64,000 nt of DNA from contig OZ249440.1 of assembly GCA_965235115.1 (NCBI GenBank), positions 32,800,001 through 32,864,000 on the forward strand, read 5' to 3'. Under the pieces are notes generated by a model. The model searched no databases. It was not told the origin of the DNA and saw only the letters and a program-made list of their open reading frames with translations. Below, in pieces: positions 12,979 through 26,438 of the stretch. Position numbers and translations under genes: made by a program. Within the stretch, counting starts at the first letter, position 1. Every line of letters begins with the position of its first letter. This DNA comes from Laetmonice hystrix. Its lineage: Eukaryota.

Positions 12979-15900
12979 ATGGGGAAATATTCTGTCATTA
13001 TCGCGTAAATGGGACAAATATTATAGGCCTATACAATGTAATAGGCCTAGATCGATATTTATGCACGCCTTCAGCGCTTCTAAAGTGGGGCTTTGTCCGC
13101 CACATCGTCGACCGCCCCCCCCCCCCCCCCAGTGAGAAATCCTGATGTGTGACCACTGGGTCAGTAAAATATGTCCTTCCTAAGTCCCGGTTGCGACAAA
13201 CAAAATGGACGAAAATGAACTTAAAATGTATAACTTCTTCATATACGATTATGGGCCTTATATGCATATCTGGAATCGAACCTATAGATCTAGACTCTAT
13301 AGCAGACAACAAAAAACTGGGGTTTAAAACACACTTATCGGCCCTATTACAAACTTCTTAAACTGACATATTATGAGCTTTGTAGCAATAAAACCAAAAA
13401 TGAACTCAAAGCTCTATTCACATAGGCCCTTATTAACATATACCATTCACAATTACATTTCTAACTTGCAAGCCAAGGAAAGGCAACAATGATACCCCTA
13501 CCCTATTCTGGGTGAGTGTGTCTTCCCTTGTTGGTGTCAAGCGGAACGTCTGGCATGGTCGCCGCGGTCGCGAGCATCACTTTCGGCTAACGCGGGAAGT
13601 GAGTTATGGCTCGCATGCGCGTCCTTTGAACTTAGTGCTGTCTAGACACAACCGGCCCTTCTGGACTGGCCGGCCCTTTCAGACTGTGACACCGGGCCAA
13701 CCCAGCCCCAGGTCCCGCTTACGACCCTGACGCCCGACCCTTCAAGCGGGTGGCGGGACGTCCCGCCCGGCCCGCTCCTCCGCTCCCTAGACTCAGAGAT
13801 GCTGACCTGAACATGAAGGAACTCTCGTAGCTTCAGCTTCAACTTCTTTTCCTCTCCGGCACTTGTATGAATGAGTTGAAGCCTTCCTCTCTCGCCGCAC
13901 ACAAAACACTCAGCGACATTCCCTTTGACTGGGGTATCAACATGTTCGTGGCGGGCCGCCATCGCCATAGTTTTCGGAAGTCAAACGTGACATGCACAGA
14001 GACCTCTTCCGTCGGGAATTCCGTACAAAATGGCGTCCAAAATGGTGCTACATTACAGTCCCACTCTGCACATAGCGAGTGGACTGTTTCCGGTCTACAC
14101 AATGGACACTCTTTACGATCCTTTGTCGTTCACTAGTTTCGCGAATGATCAACAAGTCCTTCCCACCTGTAATGTAAAACCAAACATTCATTATCAATCA
14201 GAAACTGTCATTAAGTCTTGTATTTGTCAAAAGAAATAGACACCTGGATATATTTAATTTAACTTTTAAAAATTTCCCCCTGGATTTACGAGATTTCTAA
14301 TGAGCCATACACATATATAATCATATGTATGTATACACATAGCCCCATCCACACATACCCACAGTAACATATAAATATGCATCCATTCATGCATACAGAC
14401 ATTACACATATTTTTACTCGATGGTCATTTGGTCATTGTTATGAGTAAATCTGTGAAAATCGGCTGAAAACAATAATGAATAATAATGGGGGTGGGGGGT
14501 GGGGGGTGGGGACGTGGGCGACATTTTTACATCTTGTCACAGTTACTACATCGGTGGACCTCATTGTTCGGCATCCAACAGTCAACACAAGGTTAAATTG
14601 TGGCCGCACGCGGCACTGTCCCGTTATGACAGGTGTTGACCGCGACTTGCTGGCGACCGGGTGTCACGGTCCCGGGGTTCCTGTCAGTCCGAAAGTTCCT
14701 ATATCCAATCAAAATCCAGAACCGCATGTGCGCTCAGCCGTGCAGGCGTGAAAACCGTCCCTCGAACAGCAACAGCTAGAGCCCCAGTCCAGTTGTTCCT
14801 GTACCGCCGTGTAAGACGTTGTGTCTTCATTTTTCAGTTACTGTAGGCCGCATTTTTACATGTTACCTTACCAAGCAAATCAACCTTAGGACAAATTCTG
14901 TATTGTTACAGCAAAAGATCTAGTACTAGGCCCATTTTTTTTTACAAAGAAGGTATGCTGTAGTGGCTGTTTCAGAACCTTTGCCTTGGACTTATCTAAA
15001 TATCATTTTATTATGTTTTCAATTTGATTGGTTTTGCGGTATATTTTTTTAAAAATTTAGCATGGATGTATGCCAGTCAAGTGACGGGACAATAAAACAC
15101 AACTTGCTTTACTTCGCCTTTTCCATGCAGTCAGCCTAAGTGGTGCTACCCACTACCACCACTACGCTGTGGGGTAACTCTGAGACCTGGGGGAACCCAG
15201 GGCATGGCTATACGCGTTCCCAAAGTTCCTGTGGGAGTGGCTTCTATCCTGCGCATGCGCATTGGATACTATAGGAACCACGAGCCCACAGGAACAACGG
15301 GACCGCCACACCGGGCACTCGCCGTGACTCCAGCGTACTAGCCACCCCCACAAGGCCCATCATGCCCCACCCCACATTCCGCTAACCTCCGCCCCCTGCC
15401 CCCAGGTCCATGGATGATTTTCATCTGTTTTTCATGTTACTTTTCATTCCTTATGAACGTTGATGTTTTTCAAGACTATTCAGTCGTAATTTACCTTTTG
15501 CACAACATATTGAAACATTGCGAAGTTTCACCCAGAAGAAAATAACTGTGGACCAGGGCCTTTTGACGATACAAAAATCATTCGCAGTGGCGTCAGGGGG
15601 ATTCCAAGTATCCCGGAAGCCCTCCCCCAGTTGAAAAGAAATTACATTTTATGTAAAAAGTGCATTATTTTAACCAAAGGAAAGCTTCATATTTTCACAT
15701 AAGATGTCCCGAGATTTGTCTTTTTTTTAATTTCCCAGAGGAGCAGGGCCTATGGCCATGTCTGAAGTACCTGAACTTCGCCCCCCCCCCCCCCCCCCGT
15801 CTTAACCAAGTTCCGGGTACGCCACAGAATATTTGGATGGATGGGGAAGAAAAAAAAACAGTACCGTATTCATGGTGTTTTCCTCTTTGGTGTCTGTAGT

Positions 15901-17428
15901 GGAGTTGCCTACTTTTGGCGACATAGGACTTGCTCTGTTTTCATATGTTTGCTTACTGATTCTTGCATGCTTGTTCAGGGTAAACATTGTTGACCACATA
16001 ATCAAAAATGATCTGCAACGTTGCATCATCTTGCTTCCGTTTTTCTTCTGTCGGTGCATTACGACCCATATTGGAGATTGAGATGCCAAAGCCTCCTGTT
16101 CACTTTTTATAACCCTATATATACCTGGGTTATGTAAATTAGCATGTTAAAAACAATGTGATTGGTCATGGAATAGAAGACAAATTGGCACCAAATATTG
16201 TAAGACTGTAGATGTAATGTCGCCGAACGCCGCAGAACGCATGCAGGTACAATCGGAACACTGAGGCCTTTACGATGTAGAGAGACTCAGATACCAATGG
16301 GAGGTCGCCATATTGGGTCAGATGGGGTCAGCGCTCTACTTTTGTACCGTCGCATGTAAACAACAATGGCGGCCACTCGCCAGTGGCCTGTGGTGCTGTC
16401 AATAGACGGCTTTCTCCGTTAGTTGGCAAAAAACTGAAACTGAAAACGTGAACTATTCCTTATTTAGCATGTGTGATCCGTGCGATAAGAGGATCGAATC
16501 GTGCCATACATTCGAGGAGTCCGCCCAAAACACAAAAGCATATCGCCAGTAGCAGTAGGCGAACGCAGCCGTGGGCTGATCCAGCATGCACGCACGCCCG
16601 CGGGTTCTCACACCTAGCCGGCCTTGAGTGGGGGTCTGCCCCCTGCTATAACTATACAGGCACGCCTCCTTCCTTATGACGCGTGTTAACAGGTAGGCCT
16701 ACACCATGCAGGGTCCGGGAAGGGCCCGGGGCGCCAAGCGGAGTCAACGTAGTGCAAGCGAGACGCACTCTGGCAACCGCTAACCCGTTAGATCTAGACC
16801 TACAGGCCGGGTCATTTTATTCGATTGATCTACGTTTGGTCAAAGTCAAACTTTATAATGATATCTGGTCTATATGAGTTTACTAACACCATTAATAAAG
16901 GCTCTAACCACTATATATCGGGTGGATAAAAAAAAACGCCCCGAACTTTAAACTTTAATATCTCAAAAACTATGTATTATAATTCAATAAAAGTTCTCTT
17001 AGTATCACTTCATGATATTATCTCTGGTATGTTTAAGTCTCAGGTCAATAGCTTTGATATTAATTCCGTGGCGCTAAAAACAAAAATCAGTGTCTAAAAA
17101 CGCAATGCCGGAATTAGGTCAAATATCATGCAGCTGCCAGGTGTTCAATTTGACAACTGTTTGATGCACCGCATTGTACCTTGGGTAAAAAAATTCAATA
17201 TTTAGTTTTTGCATGTTTTACAATATGTATAATGTTGTGGACCACTAGATATAATAAAATAATTATGTGCTATTCCTAGTACTTTTAGAGAAAACAGATG
17301 TTTAATGTGCCAAACCCTACAGAGAAACTGCAACATTCGCCCTCCAAAGGTTGCCCATAATCCCTTGCGCGCGTGCAGGTTCCGGTATTGGCTGTCGCTG
17401 CACGACGGCATGGCTATACATGTAAACA

Positions 17429-19595
17429 ATGGAGGCCGACGACAGAGAAGCAAAACTTACTGGCAGGAAAAACTATTCTGGCCACTTCTGCTCAGCCCCA
17501 GGTTGTGAAAATAGTTCAGGGAAAGACAGAGAGCTAAATTTACAGCGTTCCTACTTCAAATACCCGATGAATAACCCTAGGCGACTCAAACTTTGGATGA
17601 AGGCCATCCCACGTGAGCACTGGCAGCCGACGAGACACACAAAGATATGTTCCGACCACTTCAGAGGAGGTAACAACGCATTGTTTCATCGTTTTGTCTG
17701 TAACATTAATGTTAGCTTACTATAGATCTACTTAAAATGAAAATAGGCCTGAAAATACTTACTAGTCTGGCAGTGTGCTAACTTTACCGAGGAAAATTCA
17801 TGACAGCACAACTCAACTGTCACAAAAACACTTGCCTTGGCCTTGGGCTTGGGCTTGGCCACCGCCACATGCCTTGCCCCCTTATCCTATTTTTTTATTT
17901 ATATAATCATATATATTTAGGAGATTATAGCAGTGAGCTTGATGTGCTAGCAACAGTTTATTTTAGCAGTAACAGGGGCAATTTATTTCACCAATGTTTC
18001 TATGTAATATTGGTCAAACTCCCTAGCCCCCCCCCCCTTCTCATGGTCACCCCTTACTTGCGTGGAATAGATTATGCAGTGGAAAACGGTCTCCTGGTTT
18101 TGAAGGGACTAGCTGGAATAATAAATGTTAACTACATAAAAACATTATGCATATGGTATTCAGAACATATTCTGAAAGTCCCTGAGAGGAAAACAAGCAA
18201 ATCTTTATTATTTTCATTAAAGAAAAAACAAGTTTAGTGATAAGGAGGACTATCTGACATTATATTAAATACATCTTTATTTCAGGGAAGAAAACCAATA
18301 TACCTGGGAGCGATGGATACATTCCTGTTCTTTTTATTATGGCTAATAAGCGCCTTGGAAAAAGAGCTGCCAAATCAAGACGTAGTCAAACAGCAGCAAA
18401 GGCTGGACAGGTAGTGCCAAAGACAACTACAAAGCGCAAGAAAACATCACAGCAAACATCATCCACTGCCGGAAGACCAGCATTACTGAAACCTGCAGAG
18501 GACAATCAACATCATGGCCGGGCTGTATGGAACACAACAGACCATGACTATGTCAAGACAGTCACGGTTCATGGATGCATGCCCGAAGTTGAGGCCTTAC
18601 GTCAGGAAAATGGCCGATTAGCATCAGAAATTGCCTCTGCCAAGGAAAGGACAATAACTCTTGATGCTATGAAGGATGACGACTTTCCATTGTGGACTAA
18701 TATGCCTTCCCATGATGTGTTCATGGCTCTTTGCAATTACTTAGAATCAAGAGGAGCAGGAAGTTTGAAGATCTGGCGGGGTTCTAGTACTTCCAAGCAT
18801 GTTCATTTTGCTGAAAATGGTCGAACTAACAAGCCAGGCCCTCAGCGTGCTTTGACTGTCCGTGAAGAGCTCTTCATGGTGCTAGTAAAATTGAAAACGG
18901 GGTACAGCAACATAGAACTCGAGCGTTTTTTTGGTGTATCTGACACAACAGTTGGTCAGATCTTTACATCTTATGTGAATTTTATGTCTGTAGAACTACG
19001 CCATCTCTTTGAGATGCCAAATGTCAACAATCCTGATGGCTTCGCAGAGTGTTTCACCCCATATCCAAACCTTAAGGTAGTTATAGATTGCACTGAAATT
19101 TCTGTGGAAAAGGCAAGTAACCTGCAAGCCAGGAAGGAGCTTTATTCAAACTACAAAGGTAGAGAAACATTGAAATTCCTTGTAGGACTCTCCCCTCAGC
19201 TGTTCATCAACTATGTTTCCTCTGCCTGGGGAGGCCGAGCATCTGACAAACACATCACCTTGGCTTCAGAGTCACTTCTGAAAGGTCTTCCCCAAGGCTC
19301 GGCAGTGATGACTGATCGTGGCTTCAATATCAATGAAGAACTGCAAGCCTTGGGTGTTGAACTCATCATCCCAGACTTTAAAGGGCGTGGACGTGCTCAG
19401 ATGACTCGGGATGAGCTGGCATCTTCAGAACGGATAGCTGAATCCCGCATCCATGTGGAAAGAATCATCCAAAGGATCAGAACTTTCCATATACTGGACC
19501 GTACAGCCAAACTGACTATGCAGGACATCATGGAACAGGTCTTTATATGCTGTGCTTATTTAACCAATTTCCAGCCAAGCATTATCCAGGCATGA
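17429..19595 (+). CDS. THAP + HTH + DDE_Tnp_4 (Harbinger/ISL2-type) transposase, 2 exons (17429-17669, 18286-19595), ~516 aa, intact
   Basis: THAP C2CH: CSAPGC...YFKYP...W...ICSDHF|...YIPVLF. The GT..AG phase-1 intron joins in frame to ORF 18339-19595. Catalytic triad motifs VIDCTE, MTDRGF, RIHVER. Confidence 0.92.
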
Positions 19596-19604
19596 CAAAT
19601 ACTG

Positions 19605-20966
19605 TGAGACGGCCAGGGTCCATCGGATTGTACTATCTTAGTACAATATGAGTTATATGTGTTGGTCATCCTTATGACTTGTTATACCTTACTGTGATGC
19701 TATAAAATACCTGATAGTGGTGGACGATCACGTAGCGGGCATCGAGTTAACGTTAAGGCCTAGCGGCCATATTGAGTCTGTCTGCCAGATACCTTGGCTG
19801 AGTCAGTGTAAATATCCAATTTCTAATGGTAATGTAGTATAGTTGATACTTTTGAGTCCATCAGAGTGGACAGCGGAGGTCCCCAGACCTAATCCAACAG
19901 GGATATCTCCAGAGAGAGGATCCATATCCTTATTTAGTGATAGTTGCCGATAGTTACTACGAATTCACGTTGAGTTACCCGCGTCAGGGAGGTTGTCAAT
20001 CATTCACGAGCGCGTACGTCACACAGGGAAATACAACCAATCAGATTAAAGCTTTTACTTCAAAACAATGGAAGGCGGAGTAACGACACAATTGTTTAAA
20101 CTTGTCAGTTTGTATCAGCTCATCGAGGTGAGTGCACGACCCAGTTTCGGCCTCCGGTGACCTGTCACGCTTACTCACTGACTGTCTGAGGTATCCCACG
20201 CCCAGACTACCACTCAGGAGTTAGCCGATGACACCACCCCTAAATTATTTATCATGCCTTTGTGCATTATTCCAAATTTAATCATCTTTCTAGACGTTAT
20301 GACTTGCCGGTTGGTGTATCTCCAGCCGTAAGCCCCGCTCCGTCTGGTGTAAACAAAAGGAAGTGTGCCACGCCAGAGTAGGTCACTATGTCAATCTGCG
20401 GTTAGGGGAATTAGACAAGTTGCAGAGTTTGCTGAACCTGACGACTCAGAGGAAGTATTACACGTCCCTGAGATGGTCACTCGGCTGTTACGGTTACTTG
20501 TTAGGCAGCTAGTTATGGCAGAGATAGAGGTCCGTTGGCGTTGTGCGGTAGTCGGCGTTAGGTGCATTTAGTAGAGAGTTAGAAGAGTTACAACAGGAGT
20601 CGGGTATGGTAACTAAAGTTTAGGTGTTGCTTTATTTCAGACAGAGGGTAGAACTACTGAAGCGGTAGGCTGGCCCATGTGTTGATAGCTGGTGTATAAC
20701 CTCAGGCTCATGCAATAAAGCCACGTTATTTTCATCTGAATCAGAACTGATGTTGAGTACTTGCTACTACTAGGGAACTTAGACGATGTCACTCAGTCCC
20801 ATTTTACCTTTTATTATTATTTTTCTTTAAACTGACCATTAGGTGGAGCAATAGAACGGCAGGGTGTTCACCGGGACCCAAACGAAGACCTCCCTATTAT
20901 CACCAACGAGTACACGTTACCATAATTATCGTTTTCCCTAAATCCCTGTTCTCCCCGGCGGTCACA
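19605..20966. mobile_element. Solo LTR (1362 bp)
   Basis: ACTG|TGAGACGGCC...GGCGGTCACA|ACTG: TG..CA ends, short terminal inverted repeat, 4-bp TSD. Non-coding, with AATAAA near 20714. Confidence 0.8.
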
Positions 20967-20973
20967 ACTGTAT

Positions 20974-23900
20974 TCAGTGACACTTTTTCAAACACAGCTT
21001 GCAATACCATGCCTTGTTCTTATTGTCTTCAGAAATGCCAGCACAGGGCCAACAGTACCAGCCCATGCAACCACAGTGACACTCGCATTTCACACTGGCA
21101 TTACTGTTATCGGTTGCTGCATGTCCAGCCTTTGGCAGGACTTTACGACAGTGCCGGTCACGACAGTGCCTCATACTCTGGTAGCTGGTTGTTTTCTGTG
21201 GTCTTCTGTTTGGTTTTGTAGTAGATGCCTTGGGTGTTTTGACGCTTTTCCTGGTTGGTGCAGGCTTGGGCTGTGTCAGCTTTGTTGTTGCCTCAGGTGC
21301 TGGAAAATCTCCTGACTCCACCTGGAAGAACAGAAGATGGCTCATTTTATTGCGTAGTGGTCTACAGATTCTGTTACGTCCTGATACTCAAATTAAGGTA
21401 GCAGAAATGAAGGTAAAGGTCAATCCTCCTCTATCGGAATTAAATTACAGTGTACATGACTTGGACATTTCAAGAAGCTGAACAATAAAGAAGTTTTAAG
21501 GAATCTGGACAATAGAGTTTTCATTGATGCCTTCATGAATGTGACGTTTAATATTATTTACTAATATAGTGATTATTCATGATTGAAGATCATTCAGTTA
21601 TTCTGAGAATCATTTATTAACCATTTTATTTAATTTATTTTAACATTAATTACTCAATTCATTTATTATGGCAGTCAAAGTAAGCGATCTGTCACTATAC
21701 CTTTACCTCATATGACAGAAGGGCAGACAGACAGTCCTCATCACTGCTCCCCCCTGAGGACAGTGGGATACTTGCTATTCTTCCTGAAGTGCACATGATC
21801 GCTGGAACTACCAAATCCCTGAAGAATATGTGAAGCGTTTCTCTAATTTCCAGAAGTCTTTATCGAATGGGACCTCGATGACAAGGAATCCCTGAGGTGA
21901 CCAGACAATAAAATCACATGTCTTTAGCCCCAGGATTCCCATTGACATTTGCACTTGTGCAAAGTAGCCCCTCTTTGTCTTTGACAGTTCATGTTGTCCA
22001 TCTACCTGCACCAGAAAATTAATTTTTTTGTTTCTCACTGCCTCGGTGACAGATGTGTCCTTCGCCACAAATGGACATTTTATTTCTATCAATTTTGGTG
22101 CATGACACGAGCACTTGATTATGCCATCTGGACTGCTGCGGAGATATGGTGCCTCTGGAAGCACCACAAGGCCTGATAGGCATACTTCTATGTTCTTGTG
22201 TATGTCAAGGGCATACAGCCATTTCACATATTCTTGGCGGGCCTTGTTTTCCTGTGCCAAACCCCATTTCAAAGCAGGCTTGGTCACACGAGGGGGCCTG
22301 GTGATGTATGCATATTGAGAACCTATGCATTGGCCAATTAATCTAGTTTCACTGGCCTTGCTTTTGCCCCCGCAAAAATTTACAATGTCAGCAGCATGGG
22401 ATGATGTTATGGCTCCTCTGCGCTGCTGGAACCATGCCACATTGTTTGACTGGCCTCGCGTTGTGCTCTCTATCATTTCACAGTCTTTCTTAGTGAAAAT
22501 CAACTGTTCAACCAGTTTCTGTCGGTCACTGGCACTATTTATATTTCCGGGTGTACCAAGCAGTGGGAGGAGAAGTGCAATTGGTTGCTTTGCACTGGTC
22601 TCCACCTCACACACCTCAGATGGTGCCAGTACATGGTCAAGCTCCATTGCCGATTCAGGCAGGTACTGAGGCTGTGCCGGGCTTTCAAAATGCTGGCCGA
22701 ACCTTGAAGGGTGCAAGGCATGCACAGCGGGAATCTGTTTGCCCAGTTTCTGCATTGCGCTAAGAAGGTCTGTCCGCAACTTTGAAAGTTCCTTTGATGT
22801 AGGAGCTGGACTTTGCACATAGCGTTGGCCATACTGTTCCACAGTTCTTCTCAAGGAAGGGCAGGATCCCTTCACTTTAATGGCACTGAGAGTCTTCGGT
22901 GCCACACCAGCACCTAAATTAAAGAGAAAGGACAGTTGTGTAAAGCTCAATGAGTCAAATAGGATATGTAAGATAAGTTGACTCTTCCTGAGAACGAAAT
23001 GCATTTAGTTTTATGTAAAAATGTTAATTTACATGTGAGGTGACCAGAGATATTTTCCAACTATGGACCATGTTAAACTCAGAAATGTACTTGCACAGAT
23101 TTGTCCAGCATAAGCCATTGTGAACTTACAGGCCACTGTGAAAAGAAATCGGCCTTTCACATCTCTCATTTATAGATTACCGGTATAAAGGATGACCCAG
23201 CAAAATTCAGGATGAAATATTATTATTCATTTTGGGGAGCAACGGGAGTAATTTCATAACCGAACGCTTCTACGTGATATATTTGTACACACATCTGTAC
23301 CTGAGTGTATAAAAGGGTTGGATTAATTTAATTACATGTATTGTTATTATTAGAAGTTAGATAAGTACTATGTAAACACCTATCCTGATTTTTGCTGGGT
23401 CACCCTTTACTTAGTTTTGCAACAACACATGCAGCATACCTATGGGTTTCGACCAGTAGCATGGCATATCTGTCACTGATGCATCAGCTGGGAGTGATGC
23501 CTCTCCAGATGAAATTATATCTGAGAGAACAAAGAGCATAGCTCCTATGTGGCCACATGCCTGACAGTACCTGAAAGTCAGTTGTAAATGATTATAAGTC
23601 TTGGCATTGAGATACACAACAAAGCAAAATTTAACATTCCAAATACAGTCTATATACATGTATTTACAAAACTTTTAAATTAGGGCCAACTAACCTCATG
23701 TGACATAAACATACATGTACTTTTATTTTTATTTATTTCCACTGCTGGCTTTGGACTTCTGCTGTTCAAGAAGTCCTTCACCTGTGTTAGTTTTCTTAAC
23801 TTAAATAAATGTATCAGCAATGAAACCTTCTGGGACCAACATTACATTTAACTTACTCATGATGAACCTATTTGATTTAACAGGAATAGTTAATGCAGTG

Positions 23901-26438
23901 GAGTATGAATGATATTGATTTACTGTAACCCTCTTTCCCAAGTAAGATAAAAAATACCACCACCTACAAATTTACAGCTGGTTCCATCTCTACTGGTTAA
24001 CTATCCCCTACAGGCCCCTACACAGAATAATTACCAGTAGGTTCCTTCCGTTTAAGTTACATACTTATGGCTGGATCTATCTACTGGCCTAAGGGTTGAT
24101 CCTCGTAATTATATACCCATGCACCTCTTTAAAGTTTTCTGGCAGTGACACTATGAAGTTTGTAGCATCAAATGGATCGGCAAGTGACAGTGAATATACA
24201 TTTCTGTAGTGTGTAATCACAGGCTGATGATAGCTGTTCAAATAATAGGCACAACACCAATCCACTAAAGAAATAAGCATGAGAAAACAGGAAAATCTAG
24301 AGTCATTAAATCACACACTGTCACTGTCATACCCTTGAAAAAACAAAGGAAGAAAAAAAAAACAAGACAAAGCATTTTCTACGATCGCAGCAAACTTCAT
24401 AAATACCTATATCTACAACTCATACATTCTAAATCAGAGGCTGAAGCATGTGCATAGCATATCAGCATGTTCTAATGCACTCAGGCAAACTATACATACA
24501 TTTAAACCCATACACGCAAGCTGTACGTGTTTGCACCTTCCATTCCATAATACTTACATATTGGCTTTGGAAACTGCAAGTGGCCAGTACAATCATTAAC
24601 ATACATTTTTAAAAGGATCATATAATACATAACCTATTCTACCAGGATAACAGTTAAGATTATTTGGTAAACATGTGTATACTTCTTTTTTCTATGCATA
24701 TGTACAGATGATGATCAGATATGTTCACAATGTAACAAAACAGCAAGACAACAGAATTGTATAAAGTTATTAATATTATTTCTTTAATTAAGTGGCCACA
24801 AAAATGAGCATGGAAGTTGTACTCAATAGCCCACTTTGTACATACCCAGCTGTGCAGGTACAAAATCCTCCATATGGACTTCCTGTCGCCTTGTCAAGTA
24901 CGCAGTACAGTGATTTCACGTTTGCTTCGTTTGTTGACTGTGACGGATTGCACAGTGCTCTTAGCAGGCAGAAGTGCTCTGAATCTTGGAGAGCATTAAA
25001 ATTTATAGAGTGGATCATGGCCTTAAGTTGGTATGGCCTGCTTATCTTGTATTTTCTTGACGACGAAGCACTCAGAACGTCAGCATCCAGGAGGTACCTA
25101 TGAAACATCAATTTGAAAAAAATTAGATCTACCATTTCATTTCCTGACTTCCTAGCCCACCTTTGTTTTTATCTGATCTTTACATGAAAGATTTGCAGAA
25201 CACTCGTGTGAACTGTCCCATAATTACAACAATGTCCCATGATTGTCCATCTATGTATCAAGTAAACAAAATACCTCTTGACTGTTGCATCATCTAGATC
25301 TGGACACTTGTTCAACGTTTTCTCCCAGCCATGCAGACCCTCAACATAAGCAGGGGTGAATCGTGCAAATTCCTCCAATTGTTTTGATGTGAGGCCTGCA
25401 TCTTTCCCTCTTGGTGTGAAGGCTCCAGGAGATGATCCACAGGTGGATATGCCAACCTTCTGGCATAGAAGGAGGACCTTGCTTGATCTGCTGTGATGCA
25501 GCCCTATGCCATGACTAATGCACAGCTCTCTCAGTCGGAGTCCTGAGAGTTTACTAATGGTTGTGTATGACAATGGGGGACCAGCACCTCCGGCAGTCTG
25601 TTCCTGTAACAAGTATTTAAAGTAACCATTACTTTTTTTAGTTTTTTAAATGTACAGAAGAAATATGGAAAAAAAACTGAAGGGAGGAATATTAACTTCT
25701 TTCACTAATATCTGGAAGAAATCAAATAGAAGTAAAATAATTGTTTACATTGATAGACTTTTTTTGTGGCATAATATGGCCAGTTTTCTGGAAATTGTAC
25801 AGTGGCCTTTCTTAATCTTTCAGACTCAGTATGACTATGAACAGAAAGAACTTCTGTCATTAACCGCGGCGACAATGGCTGGGCTCCCTGGCTCGATTCC
25901 TTTCTAACACGACTGGTTATGAATATAAAACAAGTTGTTTCAACTAGGCCTAGGTGATAGTGTCTTTGGCCACACGACAGCATTGTGTGTACACACAGAC
26001 TCAGTAGAGTGCGGGTGCCTGTGCTGCAGGCTGTCCAGCCAGTCAAGACCAGCTGACATGCTGACCGCCATGCTTGTTGCCGTTGGCTCATCGTTTTAGA
26101 TTGGCGTACACATAATCTATCAAAAACATGTACGCACATTGTATTGGTAAAAAAATATAGGCTTTTTGTGAAATTCCTAACAGTAAGAGTGACGCAGTGA
26201 GGATCGCAACCCGCCCAGTGCCTGAAAAAGAACCGGCTGGCCATTGATACCATCAAAGCCGTCCACTACTAATACCATGCACATGGCATGTCGCCAGGAT
26301 GGCGTGAGCAGCACTCGAGCACGATGACTCTCCTGCCCGATAATCTCACAAATTTCGATTGACAAGTTGAAAAATTTACATGCAAAGACTAAACAAACCC
26401 TCCTCTAAATTGTGGATCAATCTTTTACTCACCTCCAT
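20974..26438 (-). pseudogene. ISL2EU accessory gene: SAP-like, SWIM zinc finger, YqaJ (lambda-type) exonuclease, PHD-like finger; 6 predicted exons, one frameshift
   Basis: Predicted exons 26438-26433, 25603-25275, 25097-24846, 23570-23440, 22913-21707, 21321-20974, with GT/AG and compatible phases. SWIM CTCTAG|YCQACGH; YqaJ TRGQS..W..R...ITSS, WGLAQE, SSPDG, IEIKCP, YFAQVQ; C-terminal C..C...C...WYC..C. Frameshift near 21840 (alternative frame gives ETLHIFFRDLVVP). The 6-nt first exon is the least certain. Confidence 0.85.

Larger units (their letters stand above)
1..14712. repeat. Large head-to-tail tandem duplication: partial unit (1-1094), unit 1095-7704 (6610 bp), unit 7705-14712 (7008 bp)
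   Basis: Position 1 recurs at 6611 and 13619, with identical ORF sets offset by 6610 and 7008. Homology ends at ...CCTATATCCAATCAA (1094/7704/14712). The differences I saw are a 400-bp array expansion, a poly-C 2 nt shorter, and a few SNPs. Confidence 0.97.

Noticed and set aside
14713..16900. CpG-rich, promoter-like stretches with GCGCATGCGC and ATGGCGGCC motifs
   Set aside because: No linked exon or ORF could be supported from the sequence.
17800..18237. 145-aa ORF
   Set aside because: Lies within the transposase intron and has no recognisable motifs.
21808..23004. Phage or bacterial YqaJ recombinase by horizontal transfer or contamination
   Set aside because: It is an exon of a spliced gene inside a eukaryotic ISL2EU element.
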